The translations under genes were made by a program, and so were the position numbers. From the NCBI GenBank assembly GCA_905178155.1, contig CAJINV010000003.1, forward strand, positions 9,431,979 through 9,495,978: a stretch of DNA of 64,000 nt. Direction: 5' to 3'. Origin of the DNA: Amoebophrya sp. A120. Lineage: Eukaryota > Protista > Dinoflagellata. The notes under the pieces were generated by a model that did no database searches, had not been told where the DNA came from, and saw only the letters and a list, made by a program, of their open reading frames with translations. Shown here in pieces: positions 39,464 through 51,600 of the stretch. Position 1 is the first letter of the stretch; every line of letters starts with the position of its first letter.

Positions 39464-39510
39464 TAGGGTTTAGGGTTGGTTTAGGGCTTAGGGTGTATGG
39501 TTTAGGTTTA
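39464..39510 (+). repeat. Degenerate interstitial telomere-like repeat (TTTAGGG)
   Basis: tagggtttagggttggtttagggcttagggtgtatggtttaggttta. Confidence 0.6.
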
Positions 39511-41344
39511 CGGCGGTGTCGTCTGGGCCAGCCTTCGCGACGGTCGGCCCAGGCGATTCCCTTTGGCCCCTTCCTGTTCCGGGCCGGGGGCAGGCTCTGC
39601 CGGCCGCGGCGCCCTCGCCCCGCCCCCCTGTGTGTGTTCCCCCCTGGGCCGTTCGTTTGCCGGTGGGGCCACACTCGGTGGGGCCGGGACCCCGCTCGTC
39701 GGGGCCACACTGTGCCGCCTTTGTATGTTGCCTCGCTCGGGGGGCGGGGCCTTAGGCTGTCCCGGGCTTCTCTGGGTGGCTTCCCGCCCGTAGCACATCT
39801 GGAGCCAGGAAACGTATTGGAAGGCCTTCGAGCAAATACCAAGACGCCGCCCCGCCCTGCCCCCGGTCTGCCTGCCGCCGGCCTCGCTCGCTGCTCCCTG
39901 CCTGCCCCCGGCCCAACTCCTGGCCCCCCCACCTGCGTCTTGAGCTGGGTGATCCTTGGGGGGGTGATGTTGCCTATGTCTGTGCTTTGGTTGATTCCAA
40001 TTGCGAGGCCGGTCACCGCTAAAGCACTGGAGCACCTGCGCCAGCCGTCGCGTCATCGTCTTATGTAATCGGCCGTGCGTCACCCACTTAGGACGTAGCG
40101 ACTCTCTAGCTATGGCCGTCGTGTCTCGGATTTGCATCGACCGCCTTGCCTTTCCGACTGATTCTCACTCGCTCGTGTGCCCAATATACACAAGAGGCAG
40201 GCGCGCCGCCTCGTGAGATGCTAGAGCTTGGGCCCCGCCCTTCAGCAGACCGCGGCCCGCGGAAAACTCGACAGCGCCCGAGCAGTATCTCGCTTGCATT
40301 GAAGACGAAGCGAGCGCGCGCGCGGACTTTGGCGTTTTGGCTTTCAGCCTTTCGGTCCGTATTCTACTTTTGCGGTCGTCCTACAACTTGTGTCGGCCGT
40401 CGCCTTTAGTTTTTGCGTTTGAGGATTGCCCTCTTGGTTTTTGCGTTTAGTTTCTACTCCTATTTAGGCTCTGCCCTCGCTTCAGACCCCCTAGCGTTTG
40501 CTCTTTCTTGCTTTTTGGCTCATGAATTGCAAGAAACTAGTAGTGCCAGCCTCGCCGGCACGGAACCGCTTCGGAGCATTTCACGGGCGCCCTGCCAGTT
40601 CTAGCAGCGAAGCAAGTAGAACAAGAAGGGCAAAAAGAAAAAAAAGAGCGCCGCAGCGGCCGCGATCATTCGATCGCCGGGAGCGGGGCCGCCGACCGGA
40701 TCCGGAACCGGCCGCCGGCAGAAGTGTCGTCGGCACCGGAATCGCCGGCACCGGGATCGCCGGCACAACGGGGACCCGGGGCCGGCGCGCGTGCTTCAGG
40801 CACAATTAGGCGCCGGCAGGCGGGCAGACGAGACTTGGCCACGATCCCCCTGGCGCGCACCAGCTCGGACCGCGGCCGGGCGCCGGCAGCCTGCTAGGGC
40901 CGGCCACGGCCTGGCACCGCCTCGGCGACGGTTTGCCTGGCGTTGGCGGGCTTGGGCCGCGATCTGGCGTCGGCCTGGCTACGATCTTGCACCGGCTTGG
41001 CCACGAGCCTGGGGGTCTGCCGTGCCCGTTTTTCGCTTGGTCTCGGGGCCCGCTTGGTGGATGTCTTGGAGGTGGCCATAAATATACATCTCGTCAATCG
41101 TAGAAAGGAAGCGAAGAAGACAACCTGCTACAACAACTCCCATGCTGCAACCATACATACCACGGAAAATTGGAACGGAAAACAAAAGGAGCTGCATGAA
41201 CATCACTGAGACGGGTTCAAAATGATTAGAAGTTGCTTCAGTAATGAGGAAGGTTGAGGTTTTCACGAAAAAAAATGCGCTGGCGCAAGACCAGGTCGAC
41301 GATTTTTTGCAGTCCGGGAAAAATTGTATTTCCGGGTTCCAGCA

Positions 41345-41492
41345 TGCGGTTGTTGGCTCCTTTTTGTTTTTCTCTCCGGCGCCGGACGTCGGCACAAGTT
41401 CGAGTTTTCTGAATTTACGTTTGGCATTGCGGAGGTCTGTGAGCAGCCTCTGTGAGAGCGAAAGTCGCTGAGCGAGGGTCGGCGAGAGTGAT
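41345..41492. repeat. Dispersed repeat, copy 2
   Basis: Matches 21263-21414. Confidence 0.85.
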
Positions 41493-42462
41493 CTATGTAT
41501 ACAACGAAAACCACCAGGAGCAGGATGGACCCGCAGCTGCCTTTGCCTCTGGCAGTGCTAGGTGGTCAACATGAGTGCAGTCTATCGGTACCCTTCTCAT
41601 GCTTCAATCTTCTAGTTCTAGACCAGGACGGCGACGGGCAAGCAAAAGCAGCCTTGCATATCCTCTGAAGATTTCACCCTCTGACGATCTGCAGGGTGAG
41701 TGTCGAAGTCGCTCAGCGTTGCAAAAATCGGAACAGTCTTTGCGTTTTTTTGACTTTAGAGGCCAAGAGGGTTCTTCTGTATTCCTTTTCGAAGATATTT
41801 ACTTTGGACATTTTCTCCAGATGCCAGGGCCAGGCGAACACCTGGCAAACGAAGTGACTTTCGGGCCATTCCGAAAAAGCAGTATTGGGGGCTCGTCCAC
41901 TCATGATGAGAAGGCGAGACGGCAATGGACTATCAAGGATACGCAGAGCTACGGTGATGGTGATGGTGAAGATATGTGTAATTCCAAAATATGAACACAC
42001 TTCTTCCATAATCCCAGACGTGTGTCTTTTGCTTTTTCGTTTGCTTGTCTGGCATGGAAATGTCTCAGCACTTTCGAGGTTCGGACTTCGGGTGCCCGCC
42101 AGCCGTAAGAAGAAATTGCCGTGGCTTCGGTGCGAGACGTCCAATTTTTGATAACCACAGTCGTTCTGTTCGAGTTCATCTGAACGAGGCGGCGGAAGTT
42201 TTGCAGAAAACTGCCAGTGTTCATGTGTTAGTTTACTTTTGATCATGATTGATTGATTTACGTGTGCCGGGCCATCGTAGCGCTCCATTTGCGACATCCC
42301 CGCGATATTCCGTTTTGTTGTCGTTCACTTTACGTTTTGTGCGTTTCGTTGAAGTTTCAAGGAAGCGTAAACTTGTGTCAGTTCGTTAAGCGAAAGAACA
42401 CAAACTGGCTGTAGTTTCTTGCGAACGTCTTTGCAAGATTGGTTTTGGTACGACTTAGACAA

Positions 42463-44155
42463 ATGATGAAGGCAGCAAAGAGGCAAAGGCATGAGTGGCA
42501 GCTCTTGAAGGTTCGGCTTCGATTTTCACATACCGGAGGGAGCTCTCGCGGAGTACGCTTCTACGTGCGCCATTTGTTGGAAAACTGGCGCAAGGGCAAT
42601 CCCCAGGTTGAGCTAGTCACCCAGCATTCTCAATTTGATCATCCGCAACTAACAGCGGAATGGCGATCGGGAGAGTGTCAGACGATATGTTTACGAAATA
42701 TGACAGCGAATCAACTTGATCAATTGCTGGAGCTGTGTCGCAATTCTGAGTCTCCAAATTTGTTTCTGAAGCATGGAGGTCCGCGAGTTTGGACTGAGCG
42801 TCGGAGTACTCCGGAAACCGAGATTAACGCCCACGCACGCATCAAGCAGGCATGTGTACTATTGGTGCTTCCCGAGGGGTCACACGTTCGTGACTAGATA
42901 GACAAGCGCCATCCCTTCCTCGTGGTGGCAGTGCCGCAGAGATTCGCTGACCAATGCCTGCGCAGCGCATGGCCCCTTTTTCCGTCTTTGAGCGCTTGAC
43001 TGTGAAATGGCCTACGCATTCGCCGTCCTTAGTCCATATCAAAGAAATCGCTGCGCTCAGTGCTTATTGTGGCGCCAGTTGGCTTGATTTTTCGGGTATA
43101 ACGTTTGCGGCCGTGGTTGCTAAATGCACCTTGCAGGCCTCAAAGCTAAACGGAGGCGCAGCCAGACGATCTCCGCCACCCGATTTGTTTCATCCGTTAC
43201 GCCGAGGAGTAGTAGAACAAAGCGCGTATGTTTGGGATTATTATGCTGGCTCGGCGCCAAAAGGTTGCGCGACAAAGCAATAGATGCCCTCTCGGCATAA
43301 ATTTAGTGCTGGAACGCACCGCCTAAGTTAGTCGCACGGGCGCAAACGATTTCGCCGACCTGGTCGCAGAGAAAAGTTGACGCAAAGTTGCGAGCAGGCC
43401 TCGTCTTGATTTTTTCTTAGAGTAGATATGCCCCAGCGGCCTCGTTTTTCAAAAGCTCAGCTCCATGCCTGGAATTTTTTCCCCAGTTCAGGCGTGGGGC
43501 CGGGCGGGTATCTCTGCAATGCCCCCGGTCGATTTCAAAAGAACGCACGGAGAAGTAATGACATTGTCGCAGCAGCGAACACAGACAGGCCGACTGTCCG
43601 CCACTGCTCCGCATTGAGAAGGCTCGGGGCAGTCTACGCCGCCTCTCATCGTGGGGCACAGCTCTGCGCGCCTACTGGTACTGATGCTCTTTCTTTGTCA
43701 TGCACGTACTAGATAATGTTAGGGGGCTTGCAACTTTCTTCTGAAAAAATCCGTTCGAGGTCGTTTATCTCGGTATATCGAGTATCCAGGGCATGTGGCA
43801 GCCAAGTTATGAAGGCATGGCGCAAGCATTGAAATGGGCCCACCAGAAAGACCGGCGCGCTGCGCGGCTTACCTACGCGGCTTTTTCTTTAAATCTGTCC
43901 CAGCAGGCGTGGAGAGGAGAAGGGCGCTGGGGGGAAGAAATGCAGAATCGCAGAGGCTTCGATCGGGATTTGCTGAAAGCCATCTTTGTCGATCCTTTTT
44001 TGCCGGGTGCGAGACCGCTGGAGCAGCCTGGCCGCTCGAGGCCAGGTGTATCAGGAAAGCACTTCTGGTGGGGAGGGGGCACGAACAGACCCTCCACAGG
44101 CAGAAGTAAAGTTAGTACTGAAAGTAAAGTTAGCAGTTTGCTTACTATGCGCTAA
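42463..44155 (+). CDS. MRPL43: Mitochondrial ribosomal protein mL43 (L51/S25/CI-B8 domain). Exons 42463-42805 and 43782-44155; 3' end may differ.
   Basis: WQLLKVRLRFSHTGGSSRGVRFY, NPQVEL and HPQLTAEW..G. The spliced junction recreates VWTERRSIQGMW, the family-typical SIQGxW. Confidence 0.85.
42806..43781 (+). other. Non-canonical intron (GT-GA; slides to TA-AG) with subterminal inverted repeat
   Basis: Direct repeat GAGTA at 42804-42808 / 43780-43784. Inverted repeat accgagattaacg (42817-42829) vs cgtttatctcggt (43762-43774), 12/13 match. Confidence 0.82.
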
Positions 44156-45650
44156 TGAAAGACGGAGACGGAAGTGAACAAGAGCGAGTGATCTTCAACA
44201 TTGAGGGCATGGGGGCGCGCCGTGGGAAAAAGCGGCGTGGTCGCATGGTAACCCACGCTCGATTCTCATGTCTGTGCGATTGGTAGAGAGGACTCTGAAA
44301 AGGCAGACGGAGATCGAAATACGCTACCGCACAATCTCTATGGGTCTGGTACCGATCCACCATGAATATCGATGTCCAAATTGATGTTGCTTACCAGCAC
44401 ATCGGATTTACTTTACTTACATCCGATCAAACGGTAACTCTGTCGTGTTCAATTACAGTTGGAGCGCAGGATGCTGAGTGGTGTACTGAACGTCACAGAT
44501 CTACCGCCTGCTGCTGGGGGTCGCTGCGTCTATAGATATGGCACTTCCAACATCGCGCGGGCGTTCACGACACCCGTTGGTTCTAGTAGCTTTCGTTTGA
44601 AGACATACCGGGTGCACATCACGGGATTTTTCAATTCCTTTAACGCCTTAGACGCGTGAACGTGATCCCTCTAGCGCACGCCTCATTCGAAATTAATTTC
44701 AGCGGCGCTCCTGTGTCGTGTTCGTTGCAAAGCCAAGCTGTGGCTTCTGAGTGGATCAGATATGCGCTCACGTTTCTGAACGACGTGGATGATCATGCTC
44801 AATATTTATAAACGGCAACAGCCTGGATGTTCACCACTGTACTACACTGCTCCTCCTCGGTTAAGTCGTTGCCTTTTGCTCTTTTATTCGCGTTGCGTTT
44901 TGCTCTTTGTTTTCGTTTTCTCACGTCGTAGCAACAAGATCATATGCAGGCCCTTTTCATCGGAGTCGAAAATTTTATTGGCCGTAGCATGCCGATCTCG
45001 GCATCGACAGCTACGCTTGTACGCGACTTCATACTATTTGTAGGCCCGCAGGCAGGAAGCCCAAAGAGAAGCAGAAAGAAGAAAGCCAAGAGGCTTGATC
45101 TCGTAGTTACATTGACGACCGCGGCGGTAGAAAAGTGAATGGTTCAGCAGACAAGACAGCCTGTAGTTGTGGCTTGCTGTCGAGGTAAGTAATAGTATCA
45201 GGGCCCGAACAGGAACATCGCACATGTGCGGCACGACTTGGTCTTCTGCGAAATGAAGAGCGCGCCGATTTGCACGGTCAAACTTGATTCTCCGGCCGAA
45301 GTGATCGCTCCATGCAGCGCCGGAGTGAATACGAATTTCGTTGTAGGCGGTCTATCAAGGCAAAATGAATGAGCTGCGTCTTTGCCAGCACAGAAGATGA
45401 ATGTGTCTCAGAAGTTTGAGTTCGTCACGCAGAAAAATGCATGACGCTGAGCCTCAGCGTGAAATAGAACCTGATCAACGCTAGCAATTCGTCGCGTGGT
45501 TCTTTGGCCTACGAAAATCTAACGCGCGCTTCTCACACAAAACTAAAGGGCAAAAATTGCAAAATTCTCACACAAAACCAAAAGTGATCGACGACGTGAT
45601 CGTTCGCTGTTTTCTCCTCATACAGACGCCGCGCACTGCAATTCGTCCGA

Positions 45651-48600
45651 TTGACACAGAAGGGACCAGATGCGTTTGGGCAGGAGGAGCGCATTCGCTT
45701 TCTCGCAGACACAAATCAGAGCAGTTCAAATGAAAGCGACTTTTCGCTCGCAAATACTTCGAGTGGCTCTCTTGGCCCGCAGTCCTGGAACGATGAGGTC
45801 GCGCAATTATCCCTGGGTGGCTCCAGTACGACTGACGCGCGCTTTCCCGTGGCACACTTCGGCGGGCCTTCCGGTGGTTTTCGGTCCGTGACAGCCGAGC
45901 ACCATCGAGGACTAGGGCCTCTGGGAGAATTTCGGAATCGCCTGCATGCCGAGGTGCGAACAGGGTGCTTGCGGGCTCGAGTGCAATCAGCTGCTGCGCT
46001 GCGCGATAGCAGTTTGGAGAATCTTACAACTGGGGACACAGTTTTACCTTCTAATTTTCCTGCGTCTAGTACTACGTCGAACTATCCGTATGCGCAGATA
46101 TCTGGCACGAATAGTGCCATTTGGCGGCTTAAGAAAAGCACTACAGGAGAGAAACGGGTGACAGGAGCTTCCGCACATGCGCGCCGTGGTGTGCTTGGGC
46201 ACTCCACCCCCGTAGCATATTCACGCCCAAACATCGAAGCGCGTGAATGCGCCAGCCGGGATGTTGCGCGGCTTTCTCATTCCACCTCCAGCAATGAAGA
46301 CCTGCAGACCAAGGCAGAACAAGAAATCAAAGCAGCTGTCATCCCAAGCAACTGCTCATCAGAAGAAGTAAGGCAAATTTTCCAAAAACCGAGAAACAGA
46401 AGTTTGACCGAGCAAGATCAACCGCACGCACGTGCATTTCCTTTTTCAGTTTCACAAACCGATGGAGGTGTTGCTCCAGGAACCCCCGGGAGCCAACCTT
46501 TGCTGCGAAAGTTGGGGCACGACTTCGACGAATGCGACAACTGGTCGGTTTTCGGGCTGAACCGCCGAAAGACACGTTCTGGCGGAGCCACTTCCAGCTT
46601 GCCGTTCAGCTGGGGCGGTTTGCAGCGGAGTGGACAGCAGGATCAACCGCCGGACGTGCAGTACTTGTTTGTGCATTGATTTCGTTCCTCGGACGTTACG
46701 TGACTGCGGAACTGAGCAGCGCCATTTCTTGTATGTTTAAGTACATGAATTGACCGAAAAGTGGCCGTCCCAGCACTTTTCACACGCTTGGGCGGGGGCG
46801 TGTGCAAAGTCGGACGGAGAAAAGTAAGTTCCGTTCCACGGTTTATCCACAGAGCGGGTGAAAAGCAAAAGAGGTACGGGTGAAAAGCAAAAGAGGTACG
46901 GCAGGATTTGTTACGCCGCTCTAGTAAAGCCGTTTGCAATCCTCGGGTAAATTTCTTTCAGAATGAAAAGTGGCATGCGAGCAGGACTGGCTAGTAACTC
47001 TGCGCCCACAGAAAGCCGACTATCGCTTCTAGGGCGCGCTAGTACTTGTTGTAGAGGGACGAGCTTTAATGTCGTGAATCCGCTTCAACAATCCAAATTC
47101 AAGGGGATGCCCTTCCATGCCCCGTGGTGTGTGGGACGGCAGCGGTTCGGTGCGATTTTTTGGACCACGTCGCCCGGCCCTCGGGTCACATTCCCGGCCC
47201 AGATAGTCGCTGATGTAGTACGGATCCAGCTGGCGTCGACGCTTCTGTCGTGCCCCTACGGCCGCGCACACGGTTTCGTTCGCGACACAGAGAGTCTGCG
47301 GTATTGGGTGCCCAGAGGCAAGGACACTGATGGCAGCGGCCCGGTATGGACGTAGTCTTTGTCAGAACGAGCTGACCAGCGCGACCAAGGAGGCCCGCTG
47401 CGATTAGGAAAAGTGAAGCGGCCAGGATGGGCTGCCTGCCTGTCTCAGAATACACGGGCAGCGGCGGAGGCAGGTTCGCGCGACTTGGGGAGCCCACTTA
47501 GTGCCTGGCGTTCTGTCTTGGATGGGTGTGCTCCGCCTGCTGCCGCAGGTGGCGCAGATTTTTTTGCGTCGACGGCCAGTCGCAAAGTGTTGGGGCCGAC
47601 TACCGTCGTGGGGCCCGAACGGGTGCTGAATTCGTAGGCCCGTGCTGGCCGGCTGTTCGTCGAGTCTTGGGAAGTTTCTGTCCGAATTTTCAACAAGGCC
47701 AAGGCGCTTTCCCATCCTTTGAAGGCCGGCGCCACCGCCAGTGCGTCGCCTCCCCTTGCCCTTGCGGCGTTGTCGCGTGTTTCTCTGGTTTTCTTTGAAA
47801 CTCAGGAAAAGCTGGGCCGAGTCTGGGTCTTCGGAGGTCCGTTGCTATGCTTCCGAGCATTTGAGGGGCGTTTGCGCCGCTGCCGCTCTTTGCGAATTGA
47901 AGAACGAAGGTGTAAGGTTCAAGGCCCGAACTACACGGAGCGCCCCCGCCTCTTTTTCTACCCCCGTCCTTTCGATCTGCCCGCGCCCTACTATTGCTGC
48001 TCCGCGAGGTTTCAGGGGTTGGGCCGCCCCGTTCCGCGCGCATGTCTTTGCCCGCGTAAGTTAGTCCGTGGCGGCCGGCATTGTGTTTGTGGCGTCGGCA
48101 CTTTCCTCAGCAGAGTTGCGTCCTGTGTCTTCGGGGCGAAGGTCGTTGCCCTGTCTTAGTCTCCTTCCAAATTTCGGGCACTGTGCGAGACATTTCGTTT
48201 TTGCTGAAAGCTTACAGAGAGCGGACGGAATTTGCCACCGCGCGCGGGGCCCGTTCTTCCAAAGCCTATCCGGGCTAGCGGCGGGCGTTGTAATATGTTC
48301 CGCGCCCGGCAGCCGAGTGCGTGGCTCCGGGTCCTCTTTGTAGCCAGCAAACAAAGTTCTTTAGGTGCGATTGCCAAAAAGGGAGCCGGCCTCTTCCTCT
48401 GCGCGTTTCAGGGTGTTCAAGTTTTGATAACGTCATCCAACATTCCGCCGCTGCGGGTATTTCATTCTAGGAGGGCGGGGCAATATGGTTTCATCCAGTA
48501 AGCGCGCAGGATATAGGCTCACCAGCTGCACCAGGCACGTTAACCTTGCCCGTGCTTCTGGTGTGGACCTCAGCACGCGCAACCGCAATGTCTTCGCGCT

Positions 48601-51600
48601 ACGTGTTGGTTCCCGTAAATTTCGGGGCCTTCACCCACATTATGTATGATTATGATTATGTATAAGTATGTCATGAGGTAGTACAACTATAAATAATTGG
48701 CAGGCAGTGTGCGTTCTAGTGCTAGAGGAATCAATGATAAACGGCATCAGGTACTGTATCTCAATCGAGCGGAATCTTCAAGCTCGCCTTCGGCTTGCCA
48801 CAACCAGCGTATGCTTACGAGCCGCTGAGGTGTTAAATCTTCACAATTTGGCTAGGCTCTTTTGCGCCAAGACTTGAACACGTGCATACATCAGGCACAG
48901 ACGCCCGGCTAGCGAAAGCGTGAAGGAGAAAAATGCGAGGACGGAACGAAACACCAAGGTTGCGCGCGGGCCCCGCTCTCATCCTTCCTCTAGCCAGGAG
49001 GCGCAGGGATGCGTGGGGTCGAGGCTTTCGTGCGGGCGGTGATGGTTCGCGCGGTCTTGTTTACAAGGATCGACCTCCGGGCCCGACCATTATAGCAAGG
49101 AACCTGGGCTGCACCGCAGGGCTTTGGCCAGATCCTGAAGCACGATCGACGTGCGCGGTGCGTGGCGTGTTTTTTTGGAGAGGCCCAGGACCCCGCGGGA
49201 AAGTTTGGGACTTTTTTGGCCGAGGCCGCCCCTTCCACTATCTGGGAAGGCCTCTTTCGAGTGCCCCAGCAAAGTGCGGCCTCGCCTTATTTCCCGGGAT
49301 CCATCCGGAGCTCGTGGCGGGGCCCGTTGTTCACGGGGGCTCCGGATATGTCGAAGCCGCACCCCGGGCGCCTTCTGGTATCATTCACGGACTACATGCG
49401 CTGCAGCTGAAACAAACAGGCGACGGCGGTGCTCGCTGGTTCCAGCCTGCGGGCGCCTGCCACTTCCTTGTTCTGTTTTCCGCGGAAGGGTCAATCGCAA
49501 AGGCCGGCGCGCGGGCCGGATAGATAGAAGTAGGGTACCAAGTTTGCATTATTTTGTTGCCCGTGCGCCCTGCCTAGCGTCGCTGGTTTTGTGTGCATGT
49601 TGCCACTCGCGAGAACTGCAACTGCCTGCGCGCCGGGCTATGAAGCAGTGGCGCATGACTGCAACGCGTACGCGTAGTTTGTGTGGTCTGGGATGGGTCA
49701 ATGACAAAGCGAGAATGTGCCACGCCCACGTCTTGCATGAGCTGCATTATGCGATCGCGCGTTGCGACTACAGGCATTTGTCAGTGCCGTGGGCCATCAA
49801 GGGCTCCCTGAGAAATTTTAAGTTTCGATAATGCTGGAAGAGGAAGATTCAATAGTACCTGAGCGCGCCATATTGTTTCCACCCTGCTAGCGAGGGCTTT
49901 GTAGCCTCCTCCTCCGCAAACGGAATGCTCTGCCTGTGGGACGTAGCGCAAAGCGGGTCCTACTCTCCTCTGCTCACCAAATGGAACGCAGGCACGAGGC
50001 AGATAAATAGCATCTGCTTCCTGCCACCATCGGGATCCACCATGAGCCTGGTTAGCGCGGACGCTGCAGGTGCCGTGAAGCTCTGGACTCTGCCAGATCC
50101 CACACAAGAGATAGGGTGAGTTTTCAAATATAGTTAGTAACTTTAGTTTATATGTCGTGTACCAAGTATGTATAACTCCATTCCTACGTTTTGACCTCCT
50201 GCTGCACATCGCATCATATGCGTGTTCCGCAGCTCCCCTGCGTTGTTTCGTCCTTCTTGATCTACTAGAGCACAGTAGCAACTCCCTCCGTTTATTGATG
50301 GCTTCGTCGTCTCCATAAACAGTTCCTGGCTCGCCTGATAGTTTCCCAGCTCTGCCTCCCAACTATCAAAGAAGCTTGTGCTCGCCTTCTATTTCCGAAC
50401 AGAACGCGAGTTTGCCCATCTTGCAATGCGGCCGCAGCCCAGGCGTGAATCAGCGGAAGGCCCTACATCGTCTGCAGTGAAACGATGCGAATCTTGATCG
50501 CTCTCGCTGTTTGCCGGTTGTGTGCAGAGTCCCAGCGCTATCTTGCACGAAGATGGATCATGGATGGAATGCGTAGAGTGGCGCTTTTGCCTATGACTCA
50601 ATCCCTTGCTCGGTAGGCAGGCGCAGAGCTGCGCGTCTTTCGCGACGTGGCACGCGAGCACGAATGGCGGAAAGCATTTGGCGGGGCCGCCCCAAAGGTA
50701 TCCGAGTAGATCAGGCACCCTGGCCAGACCAGGTGGGCCAGGTACTGTAGACCAGGTACCCGGTGCGCCGGGTTGTCAGCAACCACGTCTGCCGCGCACT
50801 CCGGCCGTCTGACGCCCGTTCTGGCCGTCTGACGCCGCCCGGCGGCCGTTTGGCGCCAGGTTTGGCGGCCTGAACAGGAAGCGCATCCTCATAAGTACAT
50901 AGAAATAGCTAATCAGCTAATACGTTTGCAGGTACTACGAGATCGAGACCGACCCGGAAGGCTCTGAGCGATGGGGCCGGGAGTACTTTAAAAAACTCGG
51001 CGAGCGGCCGTGGCAGCGGGTGCAAGAGATTACCGACGGGGAGGCGCGCTTGATGAAGAGGTGCCCCGTCAAAAGCGTGCACTCGCAAAAGCTATCGCAG
51101 TCAACGACGCAGCTGCTGTTAAGAGTGGCCTCTTCTGTTAACGCACTCAGCGGGGAACGTTTCAAATAGAAGTCTACCAATATTTGCAGTGGCCCAAGCT
51201 TTCAGAGCGTCCGTAGCTTGTCAGCGGTGGAGCCATCTGGGCCGCGCGTTCCTGCGATGGCCCAGGGAGCAGCGATTTCGGGGTGGAAAATGATCTGAAG
51301 CGCGGCGCGCCATAGGGCTCTGTTTTTATTTCGATCCGCCCGGCTGCGGCCTGCTATGTTCCGTAAAGAGCGGCGCGCCGCTCTTTGTTTTCACCATGCG
51401 CGGGGGGCAGCGCGTTCTATCAGCTTGCTAAGATTGGGCGGCGTCCCCAAGGTTTGCCAGAACTCGGGGCCGGGCGAAGCCCCGCGGCGCCTTTGAGAAA
51501 AGGCGGGGAAGGGTTTCCCGGAATGGTCTATGAAACAAATTCAGGTGGGCGGCCGCCGCCAGATTTGCCCTCCTGCTAGACCCCGGCTGACAAAATGCCA

